Below, piece by piece: positions 10,336 to 19,097 of a DNA stretch of 64,000 nucleotides. Made by a program: the position numbers and the translations under genes. The stretch comes from a bacterium. Lineage in GTDB: Bacteria; Elusimicrobiota; Elusimicrobia; UBA1565; UBA9628. The DNA lies in assembly GCA_021782205.1 (NCBI GenBank), contig JAJXVH010000005.1, positions 6,833-70,832 on the forward strand, read 5' to 3'. Below the pieces are notes generated by a model. The model did not search any database, had not been told where the DNA came from, and worked only from the letters and a program-made list of their open reading frames with translations. Every line of letters starts with the position of its first letter. The first letter of the stretch is position 1.

Positions 10336-10721
10336 CTTCGGTCGTGGCCAACCACCATCAAGAATCGAATCCGGGAGTGAAGATCGCCCTGAGCCCGGCG
10401 AGCGCCTCGCTGGCGCCGCCGACCTATCCCGGAATCCAGTTGTCCGGCAACCCATCGGCCACGGTGGAGATCGACCTGCTCGACGCGACCGGCGCGCCCC
10501 TGCCGCAGCAGGCCGCAGTCGACCTCGCCGTGGCCGAGGCACCGTTCTCAGGCGGGCACGCCCACGACAACGTCTGCCCGGTCGGCACTCTCTCCTGGCA
10601 AGGCGCCCCGGCGTCCTTTCGACTTTGCCCATCTCGTCTATTGCGTGCGTCCAGGAAAAAGATAAAACGGAATATACCCGGGACGCGAGGTCCGAATCTA
10701 ACATATGATTTCCAATTGTAA
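10332..10721 (+). pseudogene. orphan fragment of a paralog of the 7280..9400 gene (contains repeat copy 2, then terminates after a short unrelated tail)
   Basis: The 129-aa ORF carries ..APPTYPGIQLSGNPSATVEIDLLDATGAPLPQQAAVDLAVAEAPFSGGHAHDN..TLSWQG.. with no signal peptide and no N-terminal propeller region. Confidence 0.6.
10407..10616. repeat. 210-bp direct repeat, copy 2
   Basis: See copy 1 at 8537..8746. Confidence 0.85.
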
Positions 10722-10770
10722 CGACATACTGCTGATTTCATCAGGCGCGAGCCGGAGGCTAAAAATCGAC

Positions 10771-12366
10771 ATGAGCAAGCTCAAAGTCCTGGTCACCGAC
10801 AAGATCGACCCCGAGGGCCTCAAGCCCCTGCAGTCGCATCCCGACATCGAACTGCGCTACGAGATCGCGCCGAAGCCCGAGGCGCTGGAGAAAGCCCTGG
10901 TCGGCGTCGGCGTCTGGCTGGTGCGCTCCGAAACGAAGGTCACGGCGGACTGGATCGCCAAGGCGCTGGACCTGCGCCTGATCGGGCGGGCGGGCGTGGG
11001 CGTCGACAACATCGACCTGGCCGCCGCCACGCGCCGCGGCGTGGCCGTCATCAACGCGCCGGCGGCCAACACCTTGGCCGCCGCGGAGCACGCGCTGGCG
11101 CTGATGCTGGCCGTCGCGCGCCACGTGCCGCAGGCGGACGCCTCGCTGAAGGCCGGCAAGTGGGAGCGCGGCAAGTTCATGGGCGTGGAGCTGTTCGGCA
11201 AGACCCTGGGCGTCGTCGGCCTGGGCCGCATCGGCCGCGAGGTCGCCAAGCGCGCGCAGTCCTTCGGCATGAAGATCGTCGGCTTCGACCCGTTCGTGTC
11301 CGAGGCGCAGGCGCGCGAGCTGGGCATTACGCCCGCGGCCTTGCCGGAACTGCTGGCCCAGTCGGATTTCGTCACCTTGCACGTGCCGGGCGGCGACAAG
11401 ACCAAGCACCTGATCTCCGCCGAGGCGCTGAAGACGGTCAAGAAAGGCCTGCGCCTGATCAACTGCGCGCGCGGCGAGCTGATCGACGAGGCCGCTCTTG
11501 TCGAGGCGCTCAAGGACGGCCGCGTGGCCGCCGCGGGCTTGGACGTGTTCAGCGCCGAGCCTCTGCCCGCCGACAGCGTCCTGCGCTCGGCGCCGAACTT
11601 GGTTCTCACCCCCCACCTGGGAGCGTCCACGTCCGAGGCGCAGAGCCGCGTCGCCGTGGAGCTGGCGCAGGCGGTCGTGGACTTCCATGAGAAGGGCCTG
11701 GCGCCCAACGCGGTGAACCTGCCCGGCTTCGACGCGCGCACGCTTTCGGAACTGGGCGAATGGCTGGGCCTGGCCGAGGCCCTGGGCCGCTTCCTGGGAC
11801 AAACGCTCGAAGGCGGCGTGCGCGAGTTCGTCGTCCAGTTCGAGGGCGAGTTCAAGGGCTCGGAGCGCCGTCCCCTGCTGATCAGCGCCTTGAAAGGCCT
11901 GCTGACGCCGATCCTGGGCCCCGCGGTGAGCTGGATCTCGGCACCGTCCGTGGCCGCGGACCGGGGCATCAAGATCTCGGAGTCGTCGGATCCCAAGTGC
12001 TCCGAGGGCGTGCGCCGCCTGCTCACCGTCGCGGCGGTGACCGACGCGGGCACCGCGACCGCCGCCGGCGCCGTGCTGGCTCCCGGCGAACCGCGCATCC
12101 TCCGCCTGGGCGCCTTGCGCGTCGACGTGCGTCCCGCCGGCAAGATGATCGTGCTGACCAACACCGACGCGCCGGGCGTGATCGGCCGCGTGGGCACTTT
12201 GCTGGGCCGCGCCGGCGTCAACATCGCCGACATGCGCGTGGGCCGACGCTCGCCGCACGGCGAGGCGGTCATGGTGCTCAACGTCGACGAGGCCGTCTCG
12301 CCCCAGGTCCGCGCGGAACTGGAGCGCCTGGACGGCGTGCGTCGCGCGCATTGGGTGGAGTTGTGA
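10771..12366 (+). CDS. serA: D-3-phosphoglycerate dehydrogenase with C-terminal ACT domain
   Basis: ATG at 10771 with GGAGG 13-17 nt upstream. 2-hydroxyacid dehydrogenase NAD motif GVVGLGRIGREVA, catalytic region ..LTPHLGASTSEAQ, and an ACT-like C-terminus. Confidence 0.9.
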   Translation: MSKLKVLVTDKIDPEGLKPLQSHPDIELRYEIAPKPEALEKALVGVGVWLVRSETKVTADWIAKALDLRLIGRAGVGVDNIDLAAATRRGVAVINAPAANTLAAAEHALALMLAVARHVPQADASLKAGKWERGKFMGVELFGKTLGVVGLGRIGREVAKRAQSFGMKIVGFDPFVSEAQARELGITPAALPELLAQSDFVTLHVPGGDKTKHLISAEALKTVKKGLRLINCARGELIDEAALVEALKDGRVAAAGLDVFSAEPLPADSVLRSAPNLVLTPHLGASTSEAQSRVAVELAQAVVDFHEKGLAPNAVNLPGFDARTLSELGEWLGLAEALGRFLGQTLEGGVREFVVQFEGEFKGSERRPLLISALKGLLTPILGPAVSWISAPSVAADRGIKISESSDPKCSEGVRRLLTVAAVTDAGTATAAGAVLAPGEPRILRLGALRVDVRPAGKMIVLTNTDAPGVIGRVGTLLGRAGVNIADMRVGRRSPHGEAVMVLNVDEAVSPQVRAELERLDGVRRAHWVEL

Positions 12367-12376
12367 CCGCGGCACG

Positions 12377-13147
12377 ATGACTCCGGAGAAATGCCCTAAC
12401 TGCGGCACGAAGCTCAAGCCCGAAGCGCCCTCTTGTCCGAACTGCCCGATGTCTTTTCCGGAGGGCGATTCCGCCTCCGCGGTGCATCCGCTCAAGCAGA
12501 CTCGGCTCTACCGCGCCCTCCCACCGATATTGCTCTTCGCCGGTATCGGCTATTTGATCTGGTCTATGGCGATGGGACTGTTCCACCTCGGCGAGGAGAG
12601 CGCGAACTACGACGCGGTGGCCCCTAACGCAGCGGCCTCGGGATCTCCGGCGTCATCGTCGACGACAATGCAGGCGGCGGCGTCGCAGCCGGCGCGCCGT
12701 GAGGTCGTTTACATTTCTCATGAAGACGCGGCCCCGCCGCGCCGTGCAATGAGTTCGGCTCGCGCGGCCGATCAGCAAGTCCGCTCCTGGCGCCTGCGCG
12801 GCGCGGTCTATGATCTGATCACGCTCGCGCCCCTGCCGGATTGCGCCATCATCTTGGTCGATGAGCGCGCCAACCGGCGCATCGAGACGCGCACCGATGC
12901 TTCCGGCCGCTACCGCATGATCGTTCCGTCTTTGCCCGACGGAGGCTATGCCGTCGGCATCCGCAAGGACGGCTACGCGCCTGCCTATCTAGATTCGGCG
13001 CAAGACGGTGTTCCGGCCATGAGCCCCGTCCAGCGTGCCGCCCGGGCCCGCGACCTGGCCAAGACGTTCACCTCTCCACCCGTGACGCTTCAAACCGCGA
13101 GCGCCGTTCCGCTGCTCACGGATTTCTACCTCGCGCCTCGGCGCTGA
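12377..13147 (+). CDS. zinc-ribbon / transmembrane / carboxypeptidase-regulatory-like (CarD-like) domain protein
   Basis: N-terminal CPNCG..CPNC ribbon, one hydrophobic helix LPPILLFAGIGYLIWSMAMGLF, then a C-terminal ..VDERANRRIETRTDASGRYRM.. pattern. Same architecture as the 38622..40337 gene. Confidence 0.6.
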   Translation: MTPEKCPNCGTKLKPEAPSCPNCPMSFPEGDSASAVHPLKQTRLYRALPPILLFAGIGYLIWSMAMGLFHLGEESANYDAVAPNAAASGSPASSSTTMQAAASQPARREVVYISHEDAAPPRRAMSSARAADQQVRSWRLRGAVYDLITLAPLPDCAIILVDERANRRIETRTDASGRYRMIVPSLPDGGYAVGIRKDGYAPAYLDSAQDGVPAMSPVQRAARARDLAKTFTSPPVTLQTASAVPLLTDFYLAPRR

Positions 13148-13171
13148 GCCTCGCGCCGCCGTCGACGCGTC

Positions 13172-14281
13172 TTAGACGAGCGTGGCCAGTTCGACGGCCT
13201 TCTCGCCCACCGACTGAGCGACGGCCGCGTAGGTGACCTTGCCGCGATAGACGTTGACGCCCTTGCGCAGGGACTCGTCGCGGCGCACCGCCTCTTCCAA
13301 ACCATGGCGGGCGATGTCGCGCGCGTATTTGAGCGTCACGTTGGTCAGCGCGTAGGTGGAGGTGTGGCTGACCGCGCCCGGGATGTTGGGCACGGCGTAG
13401 TGCAGGACGCCGTGCTTGACCAGCACGGGCTTGTCGTGGCTGGTGACCTCCGCGGTCTCGACACAGCCGCCCTGGTCGACGGCCACGTCCACGATCACCG
13501 AGCCCGGCCGCATTTGCTTGACCATCTCCTCGGTGACCAGATGCGGCGCCTTGGCACCCGGGATCAACACCGCGCCGATGACCAGGTCCGCGCGCAGGAC
13601 CGCGTTCGTGATGTTCTCCTCATGGCTCATCAGCGTGGAGACCGAGTTGCCGAACACGTCGTCGAGGTAGGCCAGGCGCTGGGCGGAGACGTCGAGTATG
13701 TTCACGCGCGCGCCCATGCCGATGGCGATCTTGGCCGCGTTGATGCCCACGACGCCGCCGCCGATGATCGTGACCACGCCGCGCGCCACGCCCGGCACGC
13801 CGCCAAGCAGGACGCCGCGTCCGCCGTGGTGCTTCTCCAAAAATTGCGCGCCGAGCTGGACCGACATCTTGCCGGCGACCTCGCTCATCGGCGTCAGCAG
13901 GGGCAAAGCGCCCTCGCGCGTCTGGATGGTCTCGTAGGCCACGGCCTTGACCTTGGCCTTCATCAGCGCCTTGGTCAGCGCCGGGGCGGGCGCCAGGTGC
14001 AGGTAGGTATAAAGGATTTGGTCCTCGCGGAACAGCGGATACTCCTCTTCGAGCGGCTCCTTGACCTTGACGATCATGTCCGCGTCCGCGAAGAGGCGCT
14101 TCTTGTCGACGATGGCGGCGCCGGCGGCCTTGTATTCGTCGTCGGTGATGCCCGAACCAACGCCCGCGGACTTCTCGATTAGGACCTTGTGGCCGTCCTT
14201 GACCAGCGCGCGCACGCCGCCGGGCACCAGGCCCACGCGGTGCTCGCGGTTCTTGATTTCCTTCGGCACTCCAATTTTCAT
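13172..14281 (-). CDS. ald: alanine dehydrogenase
   Basis: 369 aa: [18 protein letters not shown].., Rossmann [18 protein letters not shown]. Confidence 0.9.
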   Translation of the reverse strand: MKIGVPKEIKNREHRVGLVPGGVRALVKDGHKVLIEKSAGVGSGITDDEYKAAGAAIVDKKRLFADADMIVKVKEPLEEEYPLFREDQILYTYLHLAPAPALTKALMKAKVKAVAYETIQTREGALPLLTPMSEVAGKMSVQLGAQFLEKHHGGRGVLLGGVPGVARGVVTIIGGGVVGINAAKIAIGMGARVNILDVSAQRLAYLDDVFGNSVSTLMSHEENITNAVLRADLVIGAVLIPGAKAPHLVTEEMVKQMRPGSVIVDVAVDQGGCVETAEVTSHDKPVLVKHGVLHYAVPNIPGAVSHTSTYALTNVTLKYARDIARHGLEEAVRRDESLRKGVNVYRGKVTYAAVAQSVGEKAVELATLV

Positions 14282-14330
14282 AGCGGTGTTCTCCTCAATG
14301 TTCGCATCTTAGCAAAGTCCCGGCCGGGCG

Positions 14331-16766
14331 CTACGCCGGGCCGCCGTCCAGCGTTCGGCGCAGCGCGCGCGCCAGGGCCAAGGGCTCCGCCGGTTTGCCC
14401 AGAAACGGCGCGCCGCGGCGCCGGATCTCCTGCGTCAGTTCCAGCGGCGCGAAGCCGCTCAGGAAAAGCACCTTGAGCTCCGGACGTCGAGCCTTCATGC
14501 GGTCGTAGGTTTCCAAGCCGTCCATTCCCGGCATCACCAGGTCCAAGACGACTGCGCGCACCTCCGGTTCGGCGTCCAGCACGCGCACGCCCTCTTCGCC
14601 GCCCGAAGCGCAGAGCGTCGCGTAGCCGAAGCCGCGCAGGAGTCGTTCCAGCGTGGATCGAACCATCGGCTCGTCGTCGACGATCAAGACTTTTTCGGCG
14701 CCGCGTGGCGGCGCCGCGTCGGCGACAGCCGCGGGCGCGGCTGGCGAAGGGCACGCGGGCCAATACACGCTGACCAAGGCGCCTTTCTCGGGGGCCGTCG
14801 AGATGTCCAGCCCTCCGCCGTGCTGGCGCACTATCCCGGAAACCACGGCCAGCCCCAGACCCGTGCCCTCGCCGAACGGCTTGGTCGTGAAGAAGGGTTC
14901 GAGCAGTCGCGCGCGTTCGGGCACAGGAACGCCAGGCCCGTCATCGGCGACTTCCAAGACCCAGTAGCGTCCCGGGGGCACGGGCAGCAGCGCGTCGCCG
15001 CGCCCGCGCTCCAGCGCCTCCTCGCGCAGACTCACGCGGACCGCACCCTTTCCGGAGACGGCGTCACGGGCGTTGAAGCACAGATTGAGCAGAACCTGTT
15101 CGGCTTGACCCGCATCGGCCATGACCCAGGCCGGACCGCCGCCGGTCCGCAGTTCCAGCGCGACGCGGCGACCCAACGCCGCTCCCAGCATCTTGCTCAT
15201 GCCGGCGACCAGTGCGTCGAGGTCCGTCGGCCGCCGTAGCGCCTCGCGCCGACGGCTGTAGGTCAGAAGTTGCGAGACGAGATTCCCGGCCCGCCGTAGA
15301 GAGGTGATGATGCCGTCCACGTCCGCGGAGCTGGGGTGCTGAGCGCCGAGCGATGTCAGCACGATCTGCGCCAATCCCGAGGCTGCCATCAGGATATTGT
15401 TGAACTCGTGCGCCACGCCCCCCGCCAGGCGGCCGACCGACTCCATGCGTTGGGCGCGCATCACGCGCCGCTCCTGCTCGCGCAGTTCGGTCGTCTTGAA
15501 TTCGACCAGCGCGCTGATGCGCTCCGCGCGGCCGTATAAAGTCAGCGCGATCCAGCTCGCCAGATACATCAATATCAGCACGCGTCCCAGCACCAGCCAG
15601 CGCTGCAAATCGTCCCCGGAATATTGAGGGCCCGGACCGGGCCGTGCCGCGAGGAGCCAGCGTCGTCCGGCGGCCTCCACGCTGCGCGCGGAGCCCGCGG
15701 TATCGGCGCCGTCCTTGTTTGTTGCGGGCGAAACGAGAAACTCCACCGAGGTGTCGGACCCAGACAGGCCGCGCGCCGCCTGGTCGACGTCGAACTCGCC
15801 TTCCACCGTTCCCGAGGGTCCGAAAGATCCGAACGGCCGTGCTTCGGCCCGGAGGAGCGCTTCACCGGAGCGGTGGGACGCGTCGGCGGGCTCCCGATAG
15901 AGCGCCGCTTCCGACGAGGGCGGCCGCCATGCCAAAGACAGAAGCTCCGGATGTGTCCGCAAAACGGCGCGTGCATAAGCGGAAAATTCGTTCCGATCCA
16001 CGCGTGGAAAGCTTTCAAAGAGCGCAGCCGCGCCGCGTACCGCGTTAAAGCTTGAGTCGATCTGCACCCGCAGCGTCAGAGCCGCGTCATCGAGCCGGCG
16101 CTCTGCGCGCGCGTGCGCCCGGACCTGTTCGCTTCTCAACGTGTAGTCGTGGATGGCGAGCACCAGGATCAAGGTGGCGGACATGGTCGCGGTGACGGTC
16201 GCCTTGCCGCGACGGGATCCCGCGAGTCCGCGTCCGGACCATAAAAGAATCAACGGCGCGGCAAAGACCACGCCGATGGCGTCGCCGACCCACCACGTGG
16301 CCCACGTGTAGAGCGACTGGGAGGCGGTGATTCTTCCAAAGAGAAGCAGGCCGGCCGTCCCCCAAACGGAGGCGACCAGCCCGGCCAGCGGCCCGGCGGC
16401 CATCATGAAACGGAATAGAAGCTTCTCCTCGGACAGCGGTTCGCGCCCGCCGGTCGCGCGGCGGGCCAGAGTCGCGGCGGTCAGAGCCTGGGCGGCCGCG
16501 CCCGCGCCGATCCACGCGGCCAAGAACGTCGGCGCGGCTCCGGTCGCGCCGCGCAGCCAGGCGCCCGCCGCGTTGGCGGCCAGCGAGCCGAGCAGGACGC
16601 CGGGCCACAACTCCGCGCCCCACAACCACAAGGCGGCTACGGCGATGCCCGCCGACGGCCAGGCGATCGCCGCGTAGCCGGGCGAGATGGCGAAGGCCAG
16701 GGCCGCGCCGCCTGCCGCGAAATAAGCCAGCGCCAGAATCAGAGCGCGGCGGCCACGCGAGCTCAT
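14331..16766 (-). CDS. hybrid sensor histidine kinase (MASE1-like membrane sensor, CHASE-like segment, HisKA, HATPase_c, C-terminal receiver)
   Basis: Internal ATG at 16766..16764 begins MSSRGRRALILALAYFAAGGAALAF with multiple TM helices. H-box GVAHEFNNIL, G-boxes DDGPGV / GTGLGLAVV, and a C-terminal REC (LIVDDEP..VVLDLVMPGMDG..KVLFLSGF). The 270 aa upstream in the 14331..17576 track ORF overlap the PIG-L gene out of frame and are rejected. Confidence 0.85.
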   Translation of the reverse strand: MSSRGRRALILALAYFAAGGAALAFAISPGYAAIAWPSAGIAVAALWLWGAELWPGVLLGSLAANAAGAWLRGATGAAPTFLAAWIGAGAAAQALTAATLARRATGGREPLSEEKLLFRFMMAAGPLAGLVASVWGTAGLLLFGRITASQSLYTWATWWVGDAIGVVFAAPLILLWSGRGLAGSRRGKATVTATMSATLILVLAIHDYTLRSEQVRAHARAERRLDDAALTLRVQIDSSFNAVRGAAALFESFPRVDRNEFSAYARAVLRTHPELLSLAWRPPSSEAALYREPADASHRSGEALLRAEARPFGSFGPSGTVEGEFDVDQAARGLSGSDTSVEFLVSPATNKDGADTAGSARSVEAAGRRWLLAARPGPGPQYSGDDLQRWLVLGRVLILMYLASWIALTLYGRAERISALVEFKTTELREQERRVMRAQRMESVGRLAGGVAHEFNNILMAASGLAQIVLTSLGAQHPSSADVDGIITSLRRAGNLVSQLLTYSRRREALRRPTDLDALVAGMSKMLGAALGRRVALELRTGGGPAWVMADAGQAEQVLLNLCFNARDAVSGKGAVRVSLREEALERGRGDALLPVPPGRYWVLEVADDGPGVPVPERARLLEPFFTTKPFGEGTGLGLAVVSGIVRQHGGGLDISTAPEKGALVSVYWPACPSPAAPAAVADAAPPRGAEKVLIVDDEPMVRSTLERLLRGFGYATLCASGGEEGVRVLDAEPEVRAVVLDLVMPGMDGLETYDRMKARRPELKVLFLSGFAPLELTQEIRRRGAPFLGKPAEPLALARALRRTLDGGPA

Positions 16767-17560
16767 GGCGCGAGCAGGGCCGCGACGTCGGCGTCCACGG
16801 GCGCGATCCGACCAGGGCCGGAGACGCGCGCCAGCGCCCGACCGTCCCACCGCGACAGCCGGTAGAGCGAGGCCCAAGAGGCGCCGCCCGCCGCCGCTCC
16901 CTGCCCGCCGACAAGCTCCGCGCCGCGGCGCGCGCCGTCGGCCAGCCAGCAGGGCCAGAGCGCGTGATACGGATTGCGCGCGACCTCTCCGGCGTGGCAG
17001 GTCAGCGCGGCGAGAAGGTCTCCGGCCACGGCGAGGTCGGCCTCCACCAGCGCGTTGGGGTCTTCGAGCGTGGACCAATACTCGGACTCGGCCGCGACGG
17101 CGCCGGGCTTGAGGCCCGCCCGGCGCAGCGCCGCCAGCGCGCGGCGGTGGACGGCGCGGTGGGTGGCGTTGGCGTCGCGACGGTGCGGCAGGACGATCAA
17201 GCCCGGCCGCGCGTCGCGCACGATCTCGTGCAGCGGACGGTCGGCGGCGCAGAGGAACTCCCAGCCCAGGCGCGCGCACGCGGCCGCCATCTCCGCGCGC
17301 CGCGCGCAGCGCCGGTCCAGCCGCGAGCCCAGCGTGACCGCGACCGCGATCACGCGCCAGCCGCTCTCGCGCTGAAGCCGCCGGGGCAGCACGCCCATCA
17401 GGCACTCGTCGTCGGGGTGCGGCGCCAGGATCAGCGCCGTCGGCGCTCCGGCGCGGGCGCGCGGCGCCGGGCGCGCGGGAGCCTGCGCGTTCGGCAGGCG
17501 GCGGCCCGCCGCGAGCAGGCGGGAGAAATCGCGCAGATATTTTTCGTGAGGCGTGGTCAT
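16763..17560 (-). CDS. PIG-L / LmbE-family N-acetylglucosaminyl deacetylase
   Basis: ILAPHPDDECLMG motif plus downstream His/Asp pattern; its stop overlaps the histidine kinase start (ATGA). Confidence 0.75.
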   Translation of the reverse strand: MTTPHEKYLRDFSRLLAAGRRLPNAQAPARPAPRARAGAPTALILAPHPDDECLMGVLPRRLQRESGWRVIAVAVTLGSRLDRRCARRAEMAAACARLGWEFLCAADRPLHEIVRDARPGLIVLPHRRDANATHRAVHRRALAALRRAGLKPGAVAAESEYWSTLEDPNALVEADLAVAGDLLAALTCHAGEVARNPYHALWPCWLADGARRGAELVGGQGAAAGGASWASLYRLSRWDGRALARVSGPGRIAPVDADVAALLAP

Positions 17561-17627
17561 GGGCGGCGCAGGTCAATTAGACGAGATTTGGCGCCGTGGA
17601 CTCAACGCGCCAGCGTGCTGCCCGACC

Positions 17628-17656
17628 GGAAAAGAGAAAGCCGCCCGGCGGGCGGC
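17628..17656 (-). terminator. rho-independent terminator on minus strand (likely the original terminator of the tRNA-Asn locus, displaced by the island)
   Basis: GCCGCCC-GGC-GGGCGGC stem; on the minus strand it is followed by TTTCTCTTTTCC, and it lies immediately inside the left direct repeat. Confidence 0.5.
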
Positions 17657-17678
17657 CTCTCAAGCGAAGTTATGTCTG

Positions 17679-17695
17679 GCGTACAAAATGGCTCC
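17679..17695. repeat. 17-bp direct repeat GCGTACAAAATGGCTCC (att-like, left copy)
   Basis: Identical to 25566..25582, which spans the 3' end of tRNA-Asn (TGGCTCC is the reverse complement of GGAGCCA) plus 10 nt of flank. Confidence 0.75.
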
Positions 17696-17780
17696 CCGTA
17701 TCCGACGCTCTTCAAACCGGAATGGGGCCATTTTATGAGTTTAGGGGTAGAGGCGGGCGCGAGGGTCGGAAGGGATCAAT

Positions 17781-18443
17781 CTAATGTTTTTTGGAACTCG
17801 GTAAAGGGGCTTCACAGAGTTCGATGAGTTGCTGAAGCTCCCTGAAGCGGACCCATTCCTGCGCAAGCTGTTCTCTTTTCAGATTCCCCCCGTCAGCCAG
17901 AACAGCCTTTATCTCTATATCCATTTTCTCTACATACGCGGCCAATTCAGCCTTAAGCATGCGTCGAAGACGAAGTAGCGTAAGTAGAGGACGATTAAGC
18001 TGTAACAGCTTGATCATGTATGCGGCGGGTGGTCGTTTTCCTTCGAGCGTGCCGTCAGTCTTGACCTCGAAATAGAGACGGCGATCATCCGCGAATGGAT
18101 CGATAAATCCAGCGACTCCGTCATGCGGATTTGACGGATGTGTTGAGGGCCAGCAAGAACCTTTGAGTCGATTACAGCGGCCGCAGGAATGGTGGAAATT
18201 ATTCGGATCGTTTTTGAGATGGGAGAATTCAGCGCGCGACCACGGACGGAAGTGGTCTAGTTCCATGGATTCGCGTCCACCGACTTCCATCTCGTGTGAA
18301 TCGCAGTATACGCACCTGCCGTCACAGTCGCTGGCGATTTCCTCGCGACAATGCTCGCGGAAAAATTCGTAGCTATAGAATTCGCCATTCGGCTTTGTCG
18401 AATATTTCGAACGCCTTTTAAGTTGCAGGAAAAACTCACTCAT
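17781..18443 (-). CDS. HNH endonuclease
   Basis: CVYC...ELDHFRPWS...NNFHHSCGRCNRLKG shows two Cys pairs flanking the His-Asn-His catalytic core; encoded in low-G+C DNA. Confidence 0.8.
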   Translation of the reverse strand: MSEFFLQLKRRSKYSTKPNGEFYSYEFFREHCREEIASDCDGRCVYCDSHEMEVGGRESMELDHFRPWSRAEFSHLKNDPNNFHHSCGRCNRLKGSCWPSTHPSNPHDGVAGFIDPFADDRRLYFEVKTDGTLEGKRPPAAYMIKLLQLNRPLLTLLRLRRMLKAELAAYVEKMDIEIKAVLADGGNLKREQLAQEWVRFRELQQLIELCEAPLPSSKKH

Positions 18444-18461
18444 AGCGTTCTAGACGCGGAA

Positions 18462-19097
18462 CTACGGCAAGGGAAGATCGTTTTTATTAATGTGCTTCTT
18501 CAGCTCAGCAATTGCATCCTGGAGCGCCTTAACATCACCGATTTCTTTTGCCTGCTGAGGGAGTATGCGCTCCTTTTCCAGAAGACCCATCTCGGCCGCT
18601 TCTTCTGGAGGCAATGATTCCCGCAAGCTCTTCACGAGTAAATCTTGATAGCGTTGAGCCCGAGCCCCGAGAATTTCGGCGAAGCCTCCAAGGCGTCGGA
18701 GAAATCGAGCTTTGAAAATCTGTGCGTCTCGAGTCGTCGGGTCAGCTATGGTTTTCTTCGAAATAACGTACTCGACAGCGTCGGCGTCCTTCTCAAGAGC
18801 GGGGTCGTCTGTGTAGTTTGAAAGTATCACGATAGGAAGTTTGGACATGAACCCGCGCAAGTACGCGGATAGCTGTGTACCCGTATAGCCCACACCCCCA
18901 TCCTCCATTTTTTGATCGAGAACGAGTCCGATCACTGAACCGTCTGCGAGTATAGCCGAATAATCTTCAACCTTCGGCAGAGGAGCCATTGCCTTCACCA
19001 CAATCCCGGTATCGGCAAACAGCTCTCCGAGTACCCGCGCGTATGCGCGTCGTTGTTCGTCATTCTCATCTATAAAGCAAATCGTGATTTGGTTCAT
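18462..19097 (-). CDS. stand-alone receiver (REC) domain protein with alpha-helical C-terminal extension
   Basis: REC residues at canonical spacing: acidic pocket ICFIDEND, phospho-acceptor Asp in GLVLDQKM, Ser in PIVILSNY, Lys in EYVISKK. The ATG overlaps the stop of the upstream GHKL gene (ATGA). Confidence 0.65.
   Translation of the reverse strand: MNQITICFIDENDEQRRAYARVLGELFADTGIVVKAMAPLPKVEDYSAILADGSVIGLVLDQKMEDGGVGYTGTQLSAYLRGFMSKLPIVILSNYTDDPALEKDADAVEYVISKKTIADPTTRDAQIFKARFLRRLGGFAEILGARAQRYQDLLVKSLRESLPPEEAAEMGLLEKERILPQQAKEIGDVKALQDAIAELKKHINKNDLPLP

Noticed and set aside
14331-17576. Single 1081-aa ORF spanning the histidine kinase and the PIG-L gene
   Set aside because: The first about 270 codons are Arg/Pro/Gly junk and overlap the PIG-L deacetylase coding frame. 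The genuine kinase begins at the internal ATG (16766) with a membrane domain, ATGA-coupled to the deacetylase stop.
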